Shown piece by piece: positions 49,361 to 62,131 of a DNA stretch of 64,000 nucleotides; position 1 is the stretch's first letter; the number at the start of each line of letters is the position of its first letter. This DNA is from Escherichia coli. GTDB taxonomy: Bacteria; Pseudomonadota; Gammaproteobacteria; Enterobacterales; Enterobacteriaceae. The stretch lies in NCBI RefSeq assembly GCF_013315695.1, contig NZ_CP054353.1; one strand, given 5' to 3'. Under the pieces are notes generated by a model. That model saw nothing but the letters and a program-made list of their open reading frames with translations, did not search any database and was not told the DNA's origin. A program made the translations under genes and the position numbers.

Positions 49361-50038
49361 ATGAAGTGGGACTGGATTTTCTTTGATGCCGATGAAACGC
49401 TGTTTACCTTTGACTCATTCACCGGCCTGCAGCGGATGTTTCTTGATTACAGCGTCACCTTTACCGCTGAAGATTTTCAGGACTATCAGGCCGTTAACAA
49501 GCCACTGTGGGTGGATTATCAAAACGGCGCGATCACTTCATTACAGCTTCAGCACGGGCGGTTTGAGAGCTGGGCCGAACGGCTGAACGTCGAACCGGGT
49601 AAACTCAACGAGGCCTTTATTAATGCGATGGCGGAAATCTGTACGCCGTTGCCGGGGGCGGTTTCCCTGCTTAACGCCATTCGTGGCAACGCCAAAATCG
49701 GCATCATCACCAACGGCTTTAGCGCCTTGCAACAGGTACGTCTGGAACGCACGGGCCTGCGTGATTACTTCGATTTGCTGGTGATTTCCGAAGAAGTTGG
49801 CGTTGCCAAACCGAATAAGAAAATTTTCGATTATGCGCTGGAACAGGCGGGCAATCCTGACCGTTCACGCGTGCTGATGGTTGGTGACACTGCCGAGTCC
49901 GATATTCTCGGTGGCATCAACGCCGGGCTTGCGACCTGCTGGCTGAATGCGCACAATCGCGAGCAACCAGAAGGCATCGCGCCCACCTGGACCGTTTCTT
50001 CGTTGCACGAACTGGAGCAGCTCCTGTGTAAACACTGA
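49361..50038 (+). CDS. yjjG: HAD-family pyrimidine 5'-nucleotidase YjjG
   Basis: 225-aa ORF with N-terminal HAD motif FFDADETL. Confidence 0.9.
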   Translation: MKWDWIFFDADETLFTFDSFTGLQRMFLDYSVTFTAEDFQDYQAVNKPLWVDYQNGAITSLQLQHGRFESWAERLNVEPGKLNEAFINAMAEICTPLPGAVSLLNAIRGNAKIGIITNGFSALQQVRLERTGLRDYFDLLVISEEVGVAKPNKKIFDYALEQAGNPDRSRVLMVGDTAESDILGGINAGLATCWLNAHNREQPEGIAPTWTVSSLHELEQLLCKH

Positions 50039-50128
50039 TTGCCTCCCCCCCGTTGATGGGTAAAATAGCCGCAATTTTTCGTTTTCAACAAGCGCGGCGC
50101 GATGCCGCTTACTCAAGAAGAAAGAATT

Positions 50129-51718
50129 ATGACGTTGTCTCCTTATTTGCAAGAGGTGGCGAAGCGCCGCACTTTTGCCATTATTTCTCACCCGGACGCC
50201 GGTAAGACTACCATCACCGAGAAGGTGCTGCTGTTCGGACAGGCCATTCAGACCGCCGGTACAGTAAAAGGCCGTGGCTCTAACCAGCACGCTAAGTCGG
50301 ACTGGATGGAGATGGAAAAGCAGCGTGGGATCTCCATCACTACGTCTGTGATGCAGTTTCCGTATCACGACTGCCTGGTTAACTTGCTCGATACCCCGGG
50401 GCACGAAGACTTCTCGGAAGATACCTATCGTACCCTGACGGCGGTGGACTGCTGCCTGATGGTTATCGACGCCGCAAAAGGTGTAGAAGATCGTACCCGT
50501 AAGCTGATGGAAGTTACCCGTCTGCGCGATACGCCGATCCTCACCTTTATGAACAAACTTGACCGTGATATCCGCGACCCGATGGAACTGCTCGATGAAG
50601 TTGAGAACGAGCTGAAAATCGGCTGCGCACCGATCACCTGGCCGATTGGCTGCGGCAAGCTGTTTAAAGGCGTTTACCACCTTTATAAAGATGAAACCTA
50701 TCTCTATCAGAGCGGTAAAGGCCACACCATTCAGGAAGTCCGCATTGTTAAAGGGCTGAATAACCCGGATCTCGACGCTGCGGTTGGTGAAGATCTGGCA
50801 CAGCAGCTGCGTGACGAACTGGAGCTGGTGAAAGGCGCGTCTAATGAGTTCGACAAAGAGCTGTTCCTTGCGGGCGAAATCACCCCGGTATTCTTTGGTA
50901 CTGCGCTGGGTAACTTCGGCGTCGATCATATGCTGGATGGCCTGGTGGAGTGGGCGCCTGCGCCGATGCCGCGTCAGACCGATACCCGTACCGTAGAAGC
51001 GAGCGAAGATAAATTTACCGGCTTCGTATTTAAAATTCAGGCCAACATGGACCCGAAACATCGCGACCGCGTGGCGTTTATGCGCGTGGTATCCGGTAAA
51101 TATGAAAAAGGCATGAAGCTGCGCCAGGTGCGCACCGCGAAAGATGTAGTGATCTCCGACGCGCTGACCTTTATGGCAGGCGACCGTTCGCACGTTGAAG
51201 AAGCGTATCCGGGCGATATCCTCGGTCTGCACAATCACGGCACCATTCAGATCGGCGATACCTTTACCCAGGGTGAGATGATGAAGTTCACCGGTATTCC
51301 GAACTTCGCGCCAGAACTGTTCCGTCGTATCCGCCTGAAAGATCCGCTGAAGCAAAAACAGCTGCTCAAAGGGCTGGTACAGCTTTCCGAAGAGGGGGCG
51401 GTGCAGGTGTTCCGTCCGATCTCCAACAACGATCTGATCGTTGGCGCGGTTGGTGTGCTGCAGTTTGATGTGGTGGTAGCGCGCCTGAAGAGCGAATACA
51501 ACGTTGAAGCAGTGTATGAGTCAGTCAACGTTGCCACCGCCCGCTGGGTAGAATGTGCGGACGCGAAGAAATTCGAAGAGTTCAAGCGTAAGAACGAAAG
51601 CCAACTGGCGCTTGATGGCGGAGATAACCTCGCTTACATCGCTACCAGCATGGTCAATCTGCGCCTGGCGCAGGAACGTTATCCGGACGTTCAGTTCCAC
51701 CAGACCCGCGAGCATTAA
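50129..51718 (+). CDS. prfC: Peptide chain release factor 3 (RF3)
   Basis: 529 aa from [10 protein letters not shown]; GTPase G1 [12 protein letters not shown]; recognised. Confidence 0.95.
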
Positions 51719-51727
51719 TTCTAGCCT

Positions 51728-51760
51728 CCAGGGCGCGGTAGCCGCTGCGCCCTGTCAATT
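51728..51760 (+). terminator. Putative terminator downstream of prfC
   Basis: GC-rich hairpin cagggcgcgg-tagcc-gctgcgccctg; weak T tract. Confidence 0.35.
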
Positions 51761-52110
51761 TCCCTTCCTTATTAGCCGCTTACGGAATGTTCTTAAAACA
51801 TTCACTTTTGCTTATGTTTTAGCTGATATCCCGAGCGGTTTCAAAATTGTGATCTATATTTAACAAAGTAATGACATTTATGACGGCGTTAAATACCGTT
51901 CAATGCGTAGATATCAGTATCTAAAGCCGTCGATTGTCATTCTACCGATATTAATAACTGATTCAGAGGCTGTAATGGTCGTTATTCATCACCCATCGCT
52001 TTTGTGATGGCGACCATTGACTTCTGTAGAGGGTGAAGTCTCTCCCTATTCAGCAATGCAACCTCGTGTTGCCAGGCTCAAATTACGAGCAAACATACAG
52101 GAATAAATCG

Positions 52111-52716
52111 ATGACTATGACAAGACTGAAGATTTCGAAAACTCTGCTGGCTGTAATGTTGACCTCTGCCGTCGCGACCGGCTCTGCCTACGCAGAAAAC
52201 AACGCGCAGACTACCAATGAAAGCGCAGGGCAAAAAGTCGATAGCTCTATGAATAAAGTCGGTAATTTCATGGATGACAGTGCCATCACCGCGAAAGTGA
52301 AGGCAGCCCTGGTGGACCATGACAACATCAAGAGCACCGATATCTCTGTCAAAACCGATCAAAAAGTCGTGACCCTGAGCGGTTTCGTTGAAAGCCAGGC
52401 TCAGGCCGAAGAGGCGGTGAAAGTGGCGAAAGGTGTTGAGGGCGTGACCTCTGTCAGCGACAAACTGCACGTTCGCGACGCTAAAGAAGGCTCTGTGAAG
52501 GGCTACGCGGGTGACACCGCCACCACCAGTGAAATCAAAGCCAAACTGCTGGCGGACGATATCGTCCCTTCCCGTCATGTGAAAGTTGAAACCACCGATG
52601 GCGTGGTCCAGCTCTCCGGTACCGTAGATTCTCAGGCACAGAGCGACCGTGCTGAAAGTATCGCCAAAGCGGTAGATGGTGTGAAAAGCGTTAAAAATGA
52701 TCTGAAAACTAAGTAA
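52111..52716 (+). CDS. osmY: Osmotically inducible periplasmic protein OsmY (tandem BON domains)
   Basis: 201 aa from [15 protein letters not shown]; recognised OsmY. Confidence 0.93.
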
Positions 52717-52842
52717 TTCGTCGTAATTCGACCTCCCGAACTTTGTCGGGAGGCGCGATGTGCACCACACTAAAAATATCGCATTGAGTGATTTTCACGC
52801 TCATATCAAGCGGTGACATTAACTATGGTAAAGGAGACGCTT

Positions 52843-53004
52843 ATGTTTCGTTGGGGCATCATATTTCTGGTTATCGCGTTAATCGCCGCCGCACTTGGGT
52901 TTGGTGGTCTGGCCGGTACTGCTGCAGGCGCAGCTAAAATTGTCTTTGTCGTCGGGATTATTCTGTTCCTGGTGAGTTTGTTCATGGGCCGAAAACGACC
53001 CTAG
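52843..53004 (+). CDS. ytjA: Small membrane protein YtjA (DUF1328)
   Basis: 53 aa from [10 protein letters not shown]; aaggag RBS-like motif 5 nt upstream of the ATG. Confidence 0.8.
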
Positions 53005-53033
53005 ATTTCAGACCATTAAGAAAATTTTATCCA

Positions 53034-53066
53034 AAGCCAGTCCAGCGGACTGGCTTTTGCGGTTTT
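53034..53066 (+). terminator. Rho-independent terminator after ytjA
   Basis: Hairpin aagccagtcc-agcg-ggactggctt followed by ttgcggtttt. Confidence 0.6.
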
Positions 53067-53128
53067 AGCGAATAATAAATTGCGTTACTTTGTCATTCTT
53101 TCACAACAAAAACAGGAAGGCAGAGGTG

Positions 53129-54199
53129 GGGCAGCGAATACCTGTAACGCTTGGTAATATTGCGCCGTTGTCGCTAAGGCCGTTCCAGCCTGGACGGATT
53201 GCTCTGGTGTGCGAAGGCGGCGGACAACGTGGAATTTTCACGGCTGGCGTGCTGGATGAGTTTATGCGCGCGCAGTTTAATCCTTTCGATCTTTATCTCG
53301 GCACATCTGCCGGGGCGCAGAACCTCTCGGCGTATATCTGCAATCAGCCCGGTTACGCGCGCAAAGTCATCATGCGTTACACCACAAAACGCGAATTTTT
53401 CGATCCATTGCGCTTTGTCCGTGGAGGAAATCTTATCGATCTCGACTGGCTGGTGGAGGCCACCGCAAGCCAGATGCCGTTGCAAATGGACACCGCAGCG
53501 CGGTTATTTGACAGCGGCAAATCGTTTTATATGTGCGCCTGTCGTCAGGATGACTATGCGCCGAATTACTTTTTGCCAACTAAACAAAACTGGCTGGATG
53601 TGATTCGCGCCTCCAGTGCGATACCTGGCTTTTATCGTAGCGGAGTGTCGCTGGAAGGTATTAACTACCTGGATGGTGGGATCAGTGATGCGATCCCGGT
53701 TAAAGAGGCGGCAAGGCAGGGAGCAAAAACGTTGGTCGTCATCCGCACTGTGCCGTCACAAATGTACTACACGCCACAGTGGTTCAAACGCATGGAACGC
53801 TGGCTGGGTGACAGTAGCCTGCAGCCGCTGGTCAATCTGGTGCAGCATCATGAAACCAGCTATCGTGAGATTCAGCAATTTATTGAGAAACCACCGGGCC
53901 AGCTGCGGATATTCGAAATTTATCCGCCGAAGCCATTGCATAGTATCGCGCTCGGCAGTCGGATTCCGGCGCTGCGTGAAGACTATAAACTTGGGCGTTT
54001 ATGTGGGCGTTATTTTCTGGCAACGGTCGGTAAATTATTGACTGAAAAAGCGCCGCTGAGCCGCCATCTGGTGCCGGTGGTGACGCCGGAGTCGATCGTT
54101 ATTCCGCCTGCGCCAGTCGCCAACGATACGCTGGTTGCCGAAGTGAGCGACGCTCCGCAGGCGAACGACCCGACATTTAACAATGAGGATCTGGCTTGA
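53129..54199 (+). CDS. yjjU: Patatin-like phospholipase YjjU
   Basis: Probable GTG start preceded by aggaag; GGGxRG and GTSAG patatin motifs. Confidence 0.85.
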   Translation, partial: GQRIPVTLGNIAPLSLRPFQPGRIALVCEGGGQRGIFTAGVLDEFMRAQFNPFDLYLGTSAGAQNLSAYICNQPGYARKVIMRYTTKREFFDPLRFVRGGNLIDLDWLVEATASQMPLQMDTAARLFDSGKSFYMCACRQDDYAPNYFLPTKQNWLDVIRASSAIPGFYRSGVSLEGINYLDGGISDAIPVKEAARQGAKTLVVIRTVPSQMYYTPQWFKRMERWLGDSSLQPLVNLVQHHETSYREIQQFIEKPPGQLRIFEIYPPKPLHSIALGSRIPALREDYKLGRLCGRYFLATVGKLLTEKAPLSRHLVPVVTPESIVIPPAPVANDTLVAEVSDAPQANDPTFNNEDLA

Positions 54200-54975
54200 T
54201 TTGCCGTTTTATCGACACCCACTGCCATTTTGATTTCCCGCCGTTTAGTGGCGATGAAGAGGCCAGCCTGCAACGCGCGGCACAAGCGGGCGTAGGCAAG
54301 ATCATTGTTCCGGCGACAGAGGCGGAAAATTTTGCCCGCGTGCAGGCGTTAGCGGAAAAATATCAACCGCTGTATGCCGCATTGGGCTTGCATCCTGGTA
54401 TGTTGGAAAAACATAGCGATGTGTCTCTTGATCAGCTACAGCAGGCGCTGGAAAGGCATCCGGCGAAGGTGGTGGCGGTGGGGGAAATCGGTCTGGATCT
54501 CTTTGGCGACGATCCGCAATTTGAGAGGCAGCAGTGGTTACTCGACGAACAACTGAAACTGGCGAAACGCTACGATCTGCCGGTGATCCTGCATTCACGA
54601 CGCACGCACGACAAACTGGCGATGCATCTTAAACGCCACGATTTACCGTGCACTGGCGTGGTTCATGGTTTTTCCGGCAGCCTGCAACAGGCCGAACGGT
54701 TTGTGCAACTGGGCTACAAAATTGGCGTAGGCGGGACTATCACCTATCCACGCGCCAGTAAAACCCGCGATGTCATCGCAAAATTACCGCTGGCATCGTT
54801 GTTGCTGGAAACCGACGCACCAGATATGCCGCTCAATGGTTTTCAGGGGCAGCCTAATCGCCCTGAACAGGCCGCCCGTGTGTTTGCCGTGCTTTGCGAG
54901 TTACGACCGGAACCGGCGGATGAGATTGCCGAAGTGTTGCTTAATAACACCTATACGTTGTTTAACGTGCCGTAG
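54196..54975 (+). CDS. yjjV: TatD-family metal-dependent hydrolase YjjV
   Basis: 259-aa ORF beginning at a TTG overlapping the yjjU stop; DTHCH motif. Confidence 0.85.
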   Translation: MICRFIDTHCHFDFPPFSGDEEASLQRAAQAGVGKIIVPATEAENFARVQALAEKYQPLYAALGLHPGMLEKHSDVSLDQLQQALERHPAKVVAVGEIGLDLFGDDPQFERQQWLLDEQLKLAKRYDLPVILHSRRTHDKLAMHLKRHDLPCTGVVHGFSGSLQQAERFVQLGYKIGVGGTITYPRASKTRDVIAKLPLASLLLETDAPDMPLNGFQGQPNRPEQAARVFAVLCELRPEPADEIAEVLLNNTYTLFNVP

Positions 54976-55090
54976 GCCGGACAAGGCGTTTACGCCGCAT
55001 CCGGCCGTTGGCGCACAATGCCTGATGCGACGCTTGACGCGTCTTATCATGCCTACAGGTCTGTGCCGATCCGTAGGCCACATCCGGCAT
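54976..55090. repeat. REP/BIME cluster (at least two REP units)
   Basis: ggccggacaaggcgtttacgccgcatccggcc and gcctgatgcgacgcttgacgcgtcttatcatgcctac. Confidence 0.65.
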
Positions 55091-55091
55091 G

Positions 55092-55955
55092 TCACAAATA
55101 TAGCGCCGGAAATATTAACCGGCTCACCCCGCGCTCCCGTAACGCATCAGCCAGTTGTTCCACATCCTCCGGCGTGGCGCTCGGCCAGCTTTGCGCCTCG
55201 CCATACACGCCGTGGGCATGAAACGCGTTCAGGCGTACCGGAACATCGCCAAGTCCCTTGATTAACGCCGCCAGTTCTTCGATATGTTGCAAATAATCCA
55301 CCTGGCCAGGGATTACCAGCAAACGCAGTTCCGCCAGCTTACCGCGCTCTGCCAGCAAACAGATGCTGCGCTTGATCTGCTGATTATCGCGTCCGGTTAA
55401 TTGCTGATGACATTCGCTCCCCCACGCTTTGAGATCGAGCATTGCGCCGTCACACACCGGGAGCAATTTTTCCCAGCCGGTTTCGCTCAACATGCCGTTA
55501 CTGTCCACGAGGCAGGTGAGATGGCACAGTTGCGGATCGTTTTTGATGGCAGTAAACAGCGCCACCACAAACGGCAACTGGGTCGTGGCTTCGCCGCCGC
55601 TTACCGTTATCCCTTCAATAAACAGAACCGCTTTGCGGACATGGTTAAGCACCTCGTCCACGCTCATGGATTGCGCCATTGGCGTAGCATGTTGCGGACA
55701 CATCTTCAGGCAGGTATCACATTGCTCGCAGGCAGCCGCGCTCCACGCCACTTTGCCGTCGACAATCTGCAACGCCTGATGCGGACACTGCGGCACGCAC
55801 TCTCCGCAATCATTACAGCGCCCCATCGTCCACGGATTGTGACAGTTTTTGCAGCGCAGATTGCAGCCCTGCAAAAACAGAGCCAGACGACTGCCTGGCC
55901 CGTCAACGCAGGAGAAGGGGATAATCTTACTGACTAAAGCGCATCTGCTGTTCAT
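55092..55955 (-). CDS. yjjW: Glycyl-radical enzyme activating (radical SAM) protein YjjW
   Basis: 287-aa ORF with N-terminal CxxxCxxC (CKNCHNPW) and additional ferredoxin-like cysteine clusters. Confidence 0.88.
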   Translation of the reverse strand: MNSRCALVSKIIPFSCVDGPGSRLALFLQGCNLRCKNCHNPWTMGRCNDCGECVPQCPHQALQIVDGKVAWSAAACEQCDTCLKMCPQHATPMAQSMSVDEVLNHVRKAVLFIEGITVSGGEATTQLPFVVALFTAIKNDPQLCHLTCLVDSNGMLSETGWEKLLPVCDGAMLDLKAWGSECHQQLTGRDNQQIKRSICLLAERGKLAELRLLVIPGQVDYLQHIEELAALIKGLGDVPVRLNAFHAHGVYGEAQSWPSATPEDVEQLADALRERGVSRLIFPALYL

Positions 55956-57477
55956 GGCTTATCACGCGCGGCTGGCGTTCCAGAATACGAGTGTTGCGTG
56001 CGGCTTCTTCTCCCAGCCAGGTAGTGTTGGTGCGTGAACCTTCGGCGCGATATTTTTCTAAATCCGACAAACGCACCATATAACCGGTAACGCGAACCAG
56101 ATCGTTACCGCTGACATTGGCGGTAAATTCACGCATTCCGGCTTTAAAGGCACCGAGGCAAAGCTGTACCAGCGCCTGCGGATTACGTTTGATGGTTTCG
56201 TCGAGCGTCAGAATGTCGCTGATGCCGGAATAATAATAAGCATGATGCGGGGCGACAGTTTGCAGATGGGTAATCGGATCTGGCTCATCGCCATATGGTA
56301 AACGCGCGCCCGGCGTGGTGCCGATATCGGAACTTATCCCCGACTGTGCGTGTAACATGGCGCGTTTTTGCCAGCCATATTTCACGGGGGTATTGGCGAC
56401 AAACTCCGCCAGTTGCGCGCTAATGCGATAACCCACTTCATTTGCGGCGGCCTCTTTACCGTAGCGTGCGGCAATCCCTTCTTTTTCACACAGCAAGTTA
56501 ACCGCTTCCGCCAGCCCATACATGCCAAACATCGGCACAAAACGTTCAGGGTTAATCAGCCCTTCTTTCACCAGGAAGCTATTCTCAAAGAAGTGTGATT
56601 GTTGATAGAGGAATTCACACCGCGCATCGATGATGGCGATCTGCTGTTGGCAGTAGTGCGGTAGAGTGCGCGTAAAGAAGTCCTCCAGCGATTCACTGCG
56701 CTCGGCAATGGCTTTCAGGTTTAGGCGTACCAGCGTGCTGCCACCACCCGCCAGCGGCAGTGAGTTGTAACAGCTCACAATCCCGTAGCCCCCTTTTGTG
56801 AAAATTTTATCATGCACCGGACCGTTGGCGATGTGCGGTTTGCTACATTCACAGATGTTTTTCGCCACTTCCAGCAGCAGGTCATCAGGGGTGATATCAG
56901 GATCGTAGATAAAGGTCAGGTTCGGTGAAACCTGCTTCAGCTCTGCGTCTGCACGTAATATCGCACGGGTAATGGGCGAATCAGACGGGCCGATATTGGC
57001 ATGCATAAAGGCGTCTGGCAGGGTTCTGTCGAGGTAACGCCAGAAACGTTTTATTCGAATATCGATCTCGTCTTGTGTTAGAATTCTAACATACGGTTGC
57101 AACAACGCATCCAGTTGCCCCAGGTAGACCGGCATCGATGTGACCGAAGGAACGTGGTGGTAAAGAATGGTCAGCAGAGAGAGTGCGTCATCAAGATCTT
57201 TTGCGCCTTCCAGCTCCAGCCATTCGGAACCGTTGGCCAAAAAACGGGCGTAATCGGGTAAGACATAGCGCGGTTTGTACGGCGCATGACCTTCAAACAT
57301 ATCGCAGATTACCCCCTCATCCAGCGCGCGGCGGGCTTCGGCAGGCAGCTGTGGGTAAGGCAGATTATTTTCTGCTTCCAGTGCCAGAAAATGGCGCTTC
57401 TGCTCCGGGCTAAGTACCGGGCTGGTGACAATTTGCTGGCAACGTTGTTGCAGTGCATTTTCATGAGAAGTGGGCAT
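55927..57477 (-). CDS. yjjI: Glycyl-radical-enzyme-like protein YjjI (DUF3029)
   Basis: 516-aa ORF; recognised YjjI; overlaps the yjjW start. Confidence 0.85.
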   Translation of the reverse strand: MPTSHENALQQRCQQIVTSPVLSPEQKRHFLALEAENNLPYPQLPAEARRALDEGVICDMFEGHAPYKPRYVLPDYARFLANGSEWLELEGAKDLDDALSLLTILYHHVPSVTSMPVYLGQLDALLQPYVRILTQDEIDIRIKRFWRYLDRTLPDAFMHANIGPSDSPITRAILRADAELKQVSPNLTFIYDPDITPDDLLLEVAKNICECSKPHIANGPVHDKIFTKGGYGIVSCYNSLPLAGGGSTLVRLNLKAIAERSESLEDFFTRTLPHYCQQQIAIIDARCEFLYQQSHFFENSFLVKEGLINPERFVPMFGMYGLAEAVNLLCEKEGIAARYGKEAAANEVGYRISAQLAEFVANTPVKYGWQKRAMLHAQSGISSDIGTTPGARLPYGDEPDPITHLQTVAPHHAYYYSGISDILTLDETIKRNPQALVQLCLGAFKAGMREFTANVSGNDLVRVTGYMVRLSDLEKYRAEGSRTNTTWLGEEAARNTRILERQPRVISHEQQMRFSQ

Positions 57478-57734
57478 CTTCTTTTCCTTTTATGCCGAAG
57501 GTGATGCGCCATTGTAAGAAGTTTCGTGATGTTCACTTTGATCCTGATACGTTTGCCACCACTGACGCATTCATTTGAAAGTGAATTATTTGAACCAGAT
57601 CGCATTACAGTGATGCAAACTTGTAAGTAGATTTCCTTAATTGTGATGTACATCGAAGTGTGTTGCGGAGTAGATGTTAGAATACTAACAAACTCGCAAG
57701 GTGAATTTTATTGGCGACAAGCCAGGAGAATGAA

Positions 57735-58514
57735 ATGACTGATCTGAAAGCAAGCAGCCTGCGTGCACTGAAATTGATGGACCTGACCACCCTGAATGAC
57801 GACGACACCGACGAGAAAGTGATCGCCCTGTGTCATCAGGCCAAAACTCCGGTCGGCAATACCGCCGCTATCTGTATCTATCCTCGCTTTATCCCAATTG
57901 CTCGCAAAACGCTGAAAGAGCAGGGCACCCCGGAAATCCGTATCGCTACGGTAACTAACTTCCCACACGGTAACGATGACATCGAAATCGCGCTGGCAGA
58001 AACCCGTGCGGCAATCGCCTACGGTGCCGATGAAGTTGACGTAGTGTTCCCGTACCGTGCGCTGATGGCAGGTAACGAGCAGGTTGGTTTTGACCTGGTG
58101 AAAGCCTGTAAAGAGGCTTGCGATGCGGCGAACGTACTGCTGAAAGTGATTATTGAAACCGGCGAACTGAAAGACGAAGCGCTGATCCGTAAAGCGTCTG
58201 AAATCTCCATCAAAGCGGGTGCTGACTTCATCAAAACCTCTACCGGTAAAGTGGCTGTGAATGCGACGCCGGAAAGCGCGCGCATCATGATGGAAGTGAT
58301 CCGCGATATGGGCGTAGAAAAAACCGTTGGTTTCAAACCGGCGGGCGGCGTGCGTACTGCGGAAGATGCGCAGAAATATCTCGCCATTGCAGATGAACTG
58401 TTCGGTGCTGACTGGGCTGATGTGCGTCACTACCGCTTTGGTGCTTCCAGCTTGCTGGCAAGCCTGCTGAAAGCTCTGGGCCACGGCGACGGTAAGAGCG
58501 CCAGCAGCTACTAA
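57735..58514 (+). CDS. deoC: Deoxyribose-phosphate aldolase DeoC
   Basis: 259 aa from [12 protein letters not shown]; recognised DeoC. Confidence 0.95.
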   Translation: MTDLKASSLRALKLMDLTTLNDDDTDEKVIALCHQAKTPVGNTAAICIYPRFIPIARKTLKEQGTPEIRIATVTNFPHGNDDIEIALAETRAAIAYGADEVDVVFPYRALMAGNEQVGFDLVKACKEACDAANVLLKVIIETGELKDEALIRKASEISIKAGADFIKTSTGKVAVNATPESARIMMEVIRDMGVEKTVGFKPAGGVRTAEDAQKYLAIADELFGADWADVRHYRFGASSLLASLLKALGHGDGKSASSY

Positions 58515-58591
58515 GGCTTGATTTGCCGGATGATGCAGCGATGCTCATCCGGTTCCCCGATTACCTCGTCTCTTTTCCACGGGAGGTTACC

Positions 58592-59914
58592 TTGTTTCTC
58601 GCACAAGAAATTATTCGTAAAAAACGTGATGGTCATGCGCTGAGTGATGATGAAATTCGTTTCTTTATCAATGGCATTCGCGACAACACTATCTCCGAAG
58701 GGCAGATTGCCGCCCTCGCGATGACCATTTTCTTCCACGATATGACAATGCCTGAGCGTGTCTCGCTGACCATGGCGATGCGAGATTCAGGAACCGTTCT
58801 CGACTGGAAAAGCCTGCATCTGAATGGCCCGATTGTTGATAAACACTCGACCGGCGGTGTCGGCGATGTGACTTCGCTGATGTTGGGGCCGATGGTCGCT
58901 GCCTGTGGCGGCTATATTCCGATGATCTCCGGTCGCGGCCTCGGTCATACTGGCGGTACGCTCGACAAACTGGAATCCATCCCTGGCTTCGACATTTTCC
59001 CGGATGACAACCGTTTCCGCGAAATTATTAAAGACGTCGGCGTGGCGATTATCGGCCAGACCAGCTCACTGGCTCCGGCGGATAAACGTTTCTACGCGAC
59101 CCGCGATATTACCGCAACCGTGGATTCAATCCCGCTGATCACCGCCTCTATTCTGGCGAAGAAACTGGCGGAAGGTCTGGACGCGCTGGTGATGGACGTG
59201 AAAGTGGGTAGCGGCGCGTTTATGCCGACCTACGAACTCTCTGAAGCCCTTGCCGAAGCGATTGTTGGCGTGGCTAACGGCGCTGGCGTGCGCACCACCG
59301 CGCTGCTCACCGATATGAATCAGGTACTGGCCTCCAGTGCAGGTAACGCGGTTGAAGTTCGTGAAGCGGTGCAGTTCCTGACGGGTGAATATCGTAACCC
59401 GCGTCTGTTTGATGTCACGATGGCACTGTGCGTGGAGATGCTGATCTCCGGCAAACTGGCGAAAGATGACGCCGAAGCGCGCGCGAAATTACAGGCGGTG
59501 CTGGACAACGGTAAAGCGGCAGAAGTCTTTGGTCGTATGGTAGCGGCACAAAAAGGCCCGACCGACTTCGTTGAGAACTACGCGAAGTATCTGCCGACAG
59601 CGATGCTGACGAAAGCAGTCTATGCTGATACCGAAGGGTTTGTCAGTGAAATGGATACCCGCGCGCTGGGGATGGCAGTGGTTGCAATGGGCGGCGGACG
59701 CCGTCAGGCATCTGACACCATCGATTACAGCGTCGGCTTTACTGATATGGCGCGTCTGGGCGACCAGGTAGACGGTCAGCGTCCGCTGGCAGTTATCCAC
59801 GCGAAAGACGAAAACAGCTGGCAGGAAGCGGCGAAAGCGGTGAAAGCGGCAATTAAACTTGCCGATAAAGCACCGGAAAGCACACCAACTGTCTATCGCC
59901 GTATCAGCGAATAA
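58592..59914 (+). CDS. deoA: Thymidine phosphorylase DeoA
   Basis: 440 aa from a TTG start preceded by gggagg; recognised DeoA. Confidence 0.93.
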   Translation: MFLAQEIIRKKRDGHALSDDEIRFFINGIRDNTISEGQIAALAMTIFFHDMTMPERVSLTMAMRDSGTVLDWKSLHLNGPIVDKHSTGGVGDVTSLMLGPMVAACGGYIPMISGRGLGHTGGTLDKLESIPGFDIFPDDNRFREIIKDVGVAIIGQTSSLAPADKRFYATRDITATVDSIPLITASILAKKLAEGLDALVMDVKVGSGAFMPTYELSEALAEAIVGVANGAGVRTTALLTDMNQVLASSAGNAVEVREAVQFLTGEYRNPRLFDVTMALCVEMLISGKLAKDDAEARAKLQAVLDNGKAAEVFGRMVAAQKGPTDFVENYAKYLPTAMLTKAVYADTEGFVSEMDTRALGMAVVAMGGGRRQASDTIDYSVGFTDMARLGDQVDGQRPLAVIHAKDENSWQEAAKAVKAAIKLADKAPESTPTVYRRISE

Positions 59915-59944
59915 CGGTATACTGATCTGATCATTTAAATTTGA

Positions 59945-61189
<1,245 letters not shown>

Positions 61190-61245
61190 TGGATTTGGGC
61201 GGAGCAGTGACTCCGCCTTTAATATGTCACAAAAAGGATAAAATG

Positions 61246-61965
61246 ATGGCTACTCCACACATTAATGCAGAAATGGGCGATTTTGCTGACGTAGTTTTGA
61301 TGCCAGGTGACCCGCTGCGTGCGAAGTATATTGCTGAAACTTTCCTTGAAGATGCCCGTGAAGTGAACAACGTTCGCGGTATGCTGGGCTTCACTGGTAC
61401 TTACAAAGGCCGCAAAATTTCCGTAATGGGCCACGGTATGGGTATCCCGTCCTGCTCCATCTACACCAAAGAACTGATCACTGATTTCGGCGTGAAGAAA
61501 ATTATCCGCGTTGGTTCCTGTGGCGCTGTTCTGCCGCACGTAAAACTGCGCGACGTCGTTATCGGTATGGGTGCCTGCACCGATTCCAAAGTTAACCGCA
61601 TCCGTTTTAAAGACCATGACTTTGCCGCTATCGCTGACTTCGACATGGTGCGTAACGCGGTAGACGCGGCAAAAGCACTGGGCGTTGATGCTCGTGTTGG
61701 TAACCTGTTCTCCGCTGACCTGTTCTACTCTCCGGACGGCGAAATGTTCGACGTGATGGAAAAATACGGCATCCTCGGCGTGGAAATGGAAGCGGCTGGT
61801 ATCTACGGCGTCGCTGCAGAATTTGGCGCGAAAGCCCTGACCATCTGCACCGTGTCTGACCACATCCGCACTCACGAGCAGACCACTGCCGCTGAGCGTC
61901 AGACCACCTTCAACGACATGATCAAAATCGCGCTGGAATCCGTTCTGCTGGGCGATAAAGAGTAA
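61246..61965 (+). CDS. deoD: Purine nucleoside phosphorylase DeoD
   Basis: 239 aa from [26 protein letters not shown]; recognised DeoD. Confidence 0.95.
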   Translation: MATPHINAEMGDFADVVLMPGDPLRAKYIAETFLEDAREVNNVRGMLGFTGTYKGRKISVMGHGMGIPSCSIYTKELITDFGVKKIIRVGSCGAVLPHVKLRDVVIGMGACTDSKVNRIRFKDHDFAAIADFDMVRNAVDAAKALGVDARVGNLFSADLFYSPDGEMFDVMEKYGILGVEMEAAGIYGVAAEFGAKALTICTVSDHIRTHEQTTAAERQTTFNDMIKIALESVLLGDKE

Positions 61966-61997
61966 TTGTGTTTTGCTGAAAGGCGATTGTCGTGTGA

Positions 61998-62028
61998 AGC
62001 CGGAGTGGGAGACTGCTCCGGCTTTTTA
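61998..62028 (+). terminator. Rho-independent terminator of the deo operon
   Basis: Hairpin agccggag-tgggagactg-ctccggct followed by ttttatt. Confidence 0.7.
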
Positions 62029-62131
62029 TTATCTATTCATTTCTCTCTCCAGCTTGAATATTTTCGCTATACTTTTCAGTGAAATGTGTTAATAAATCTA
62101 TTCAAGTATCTATTCACGAATCTATTCATTA

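Noticed and set aside
52033-52110. Upstream extension of osmY (and similar extensions on uxuA, prfC, deoC, deoD, yjiA, btsT, dnaT)
   Set aside because: The longest-ORF starts are not supported; the recognised conserved N-termini begin at internal start codons.
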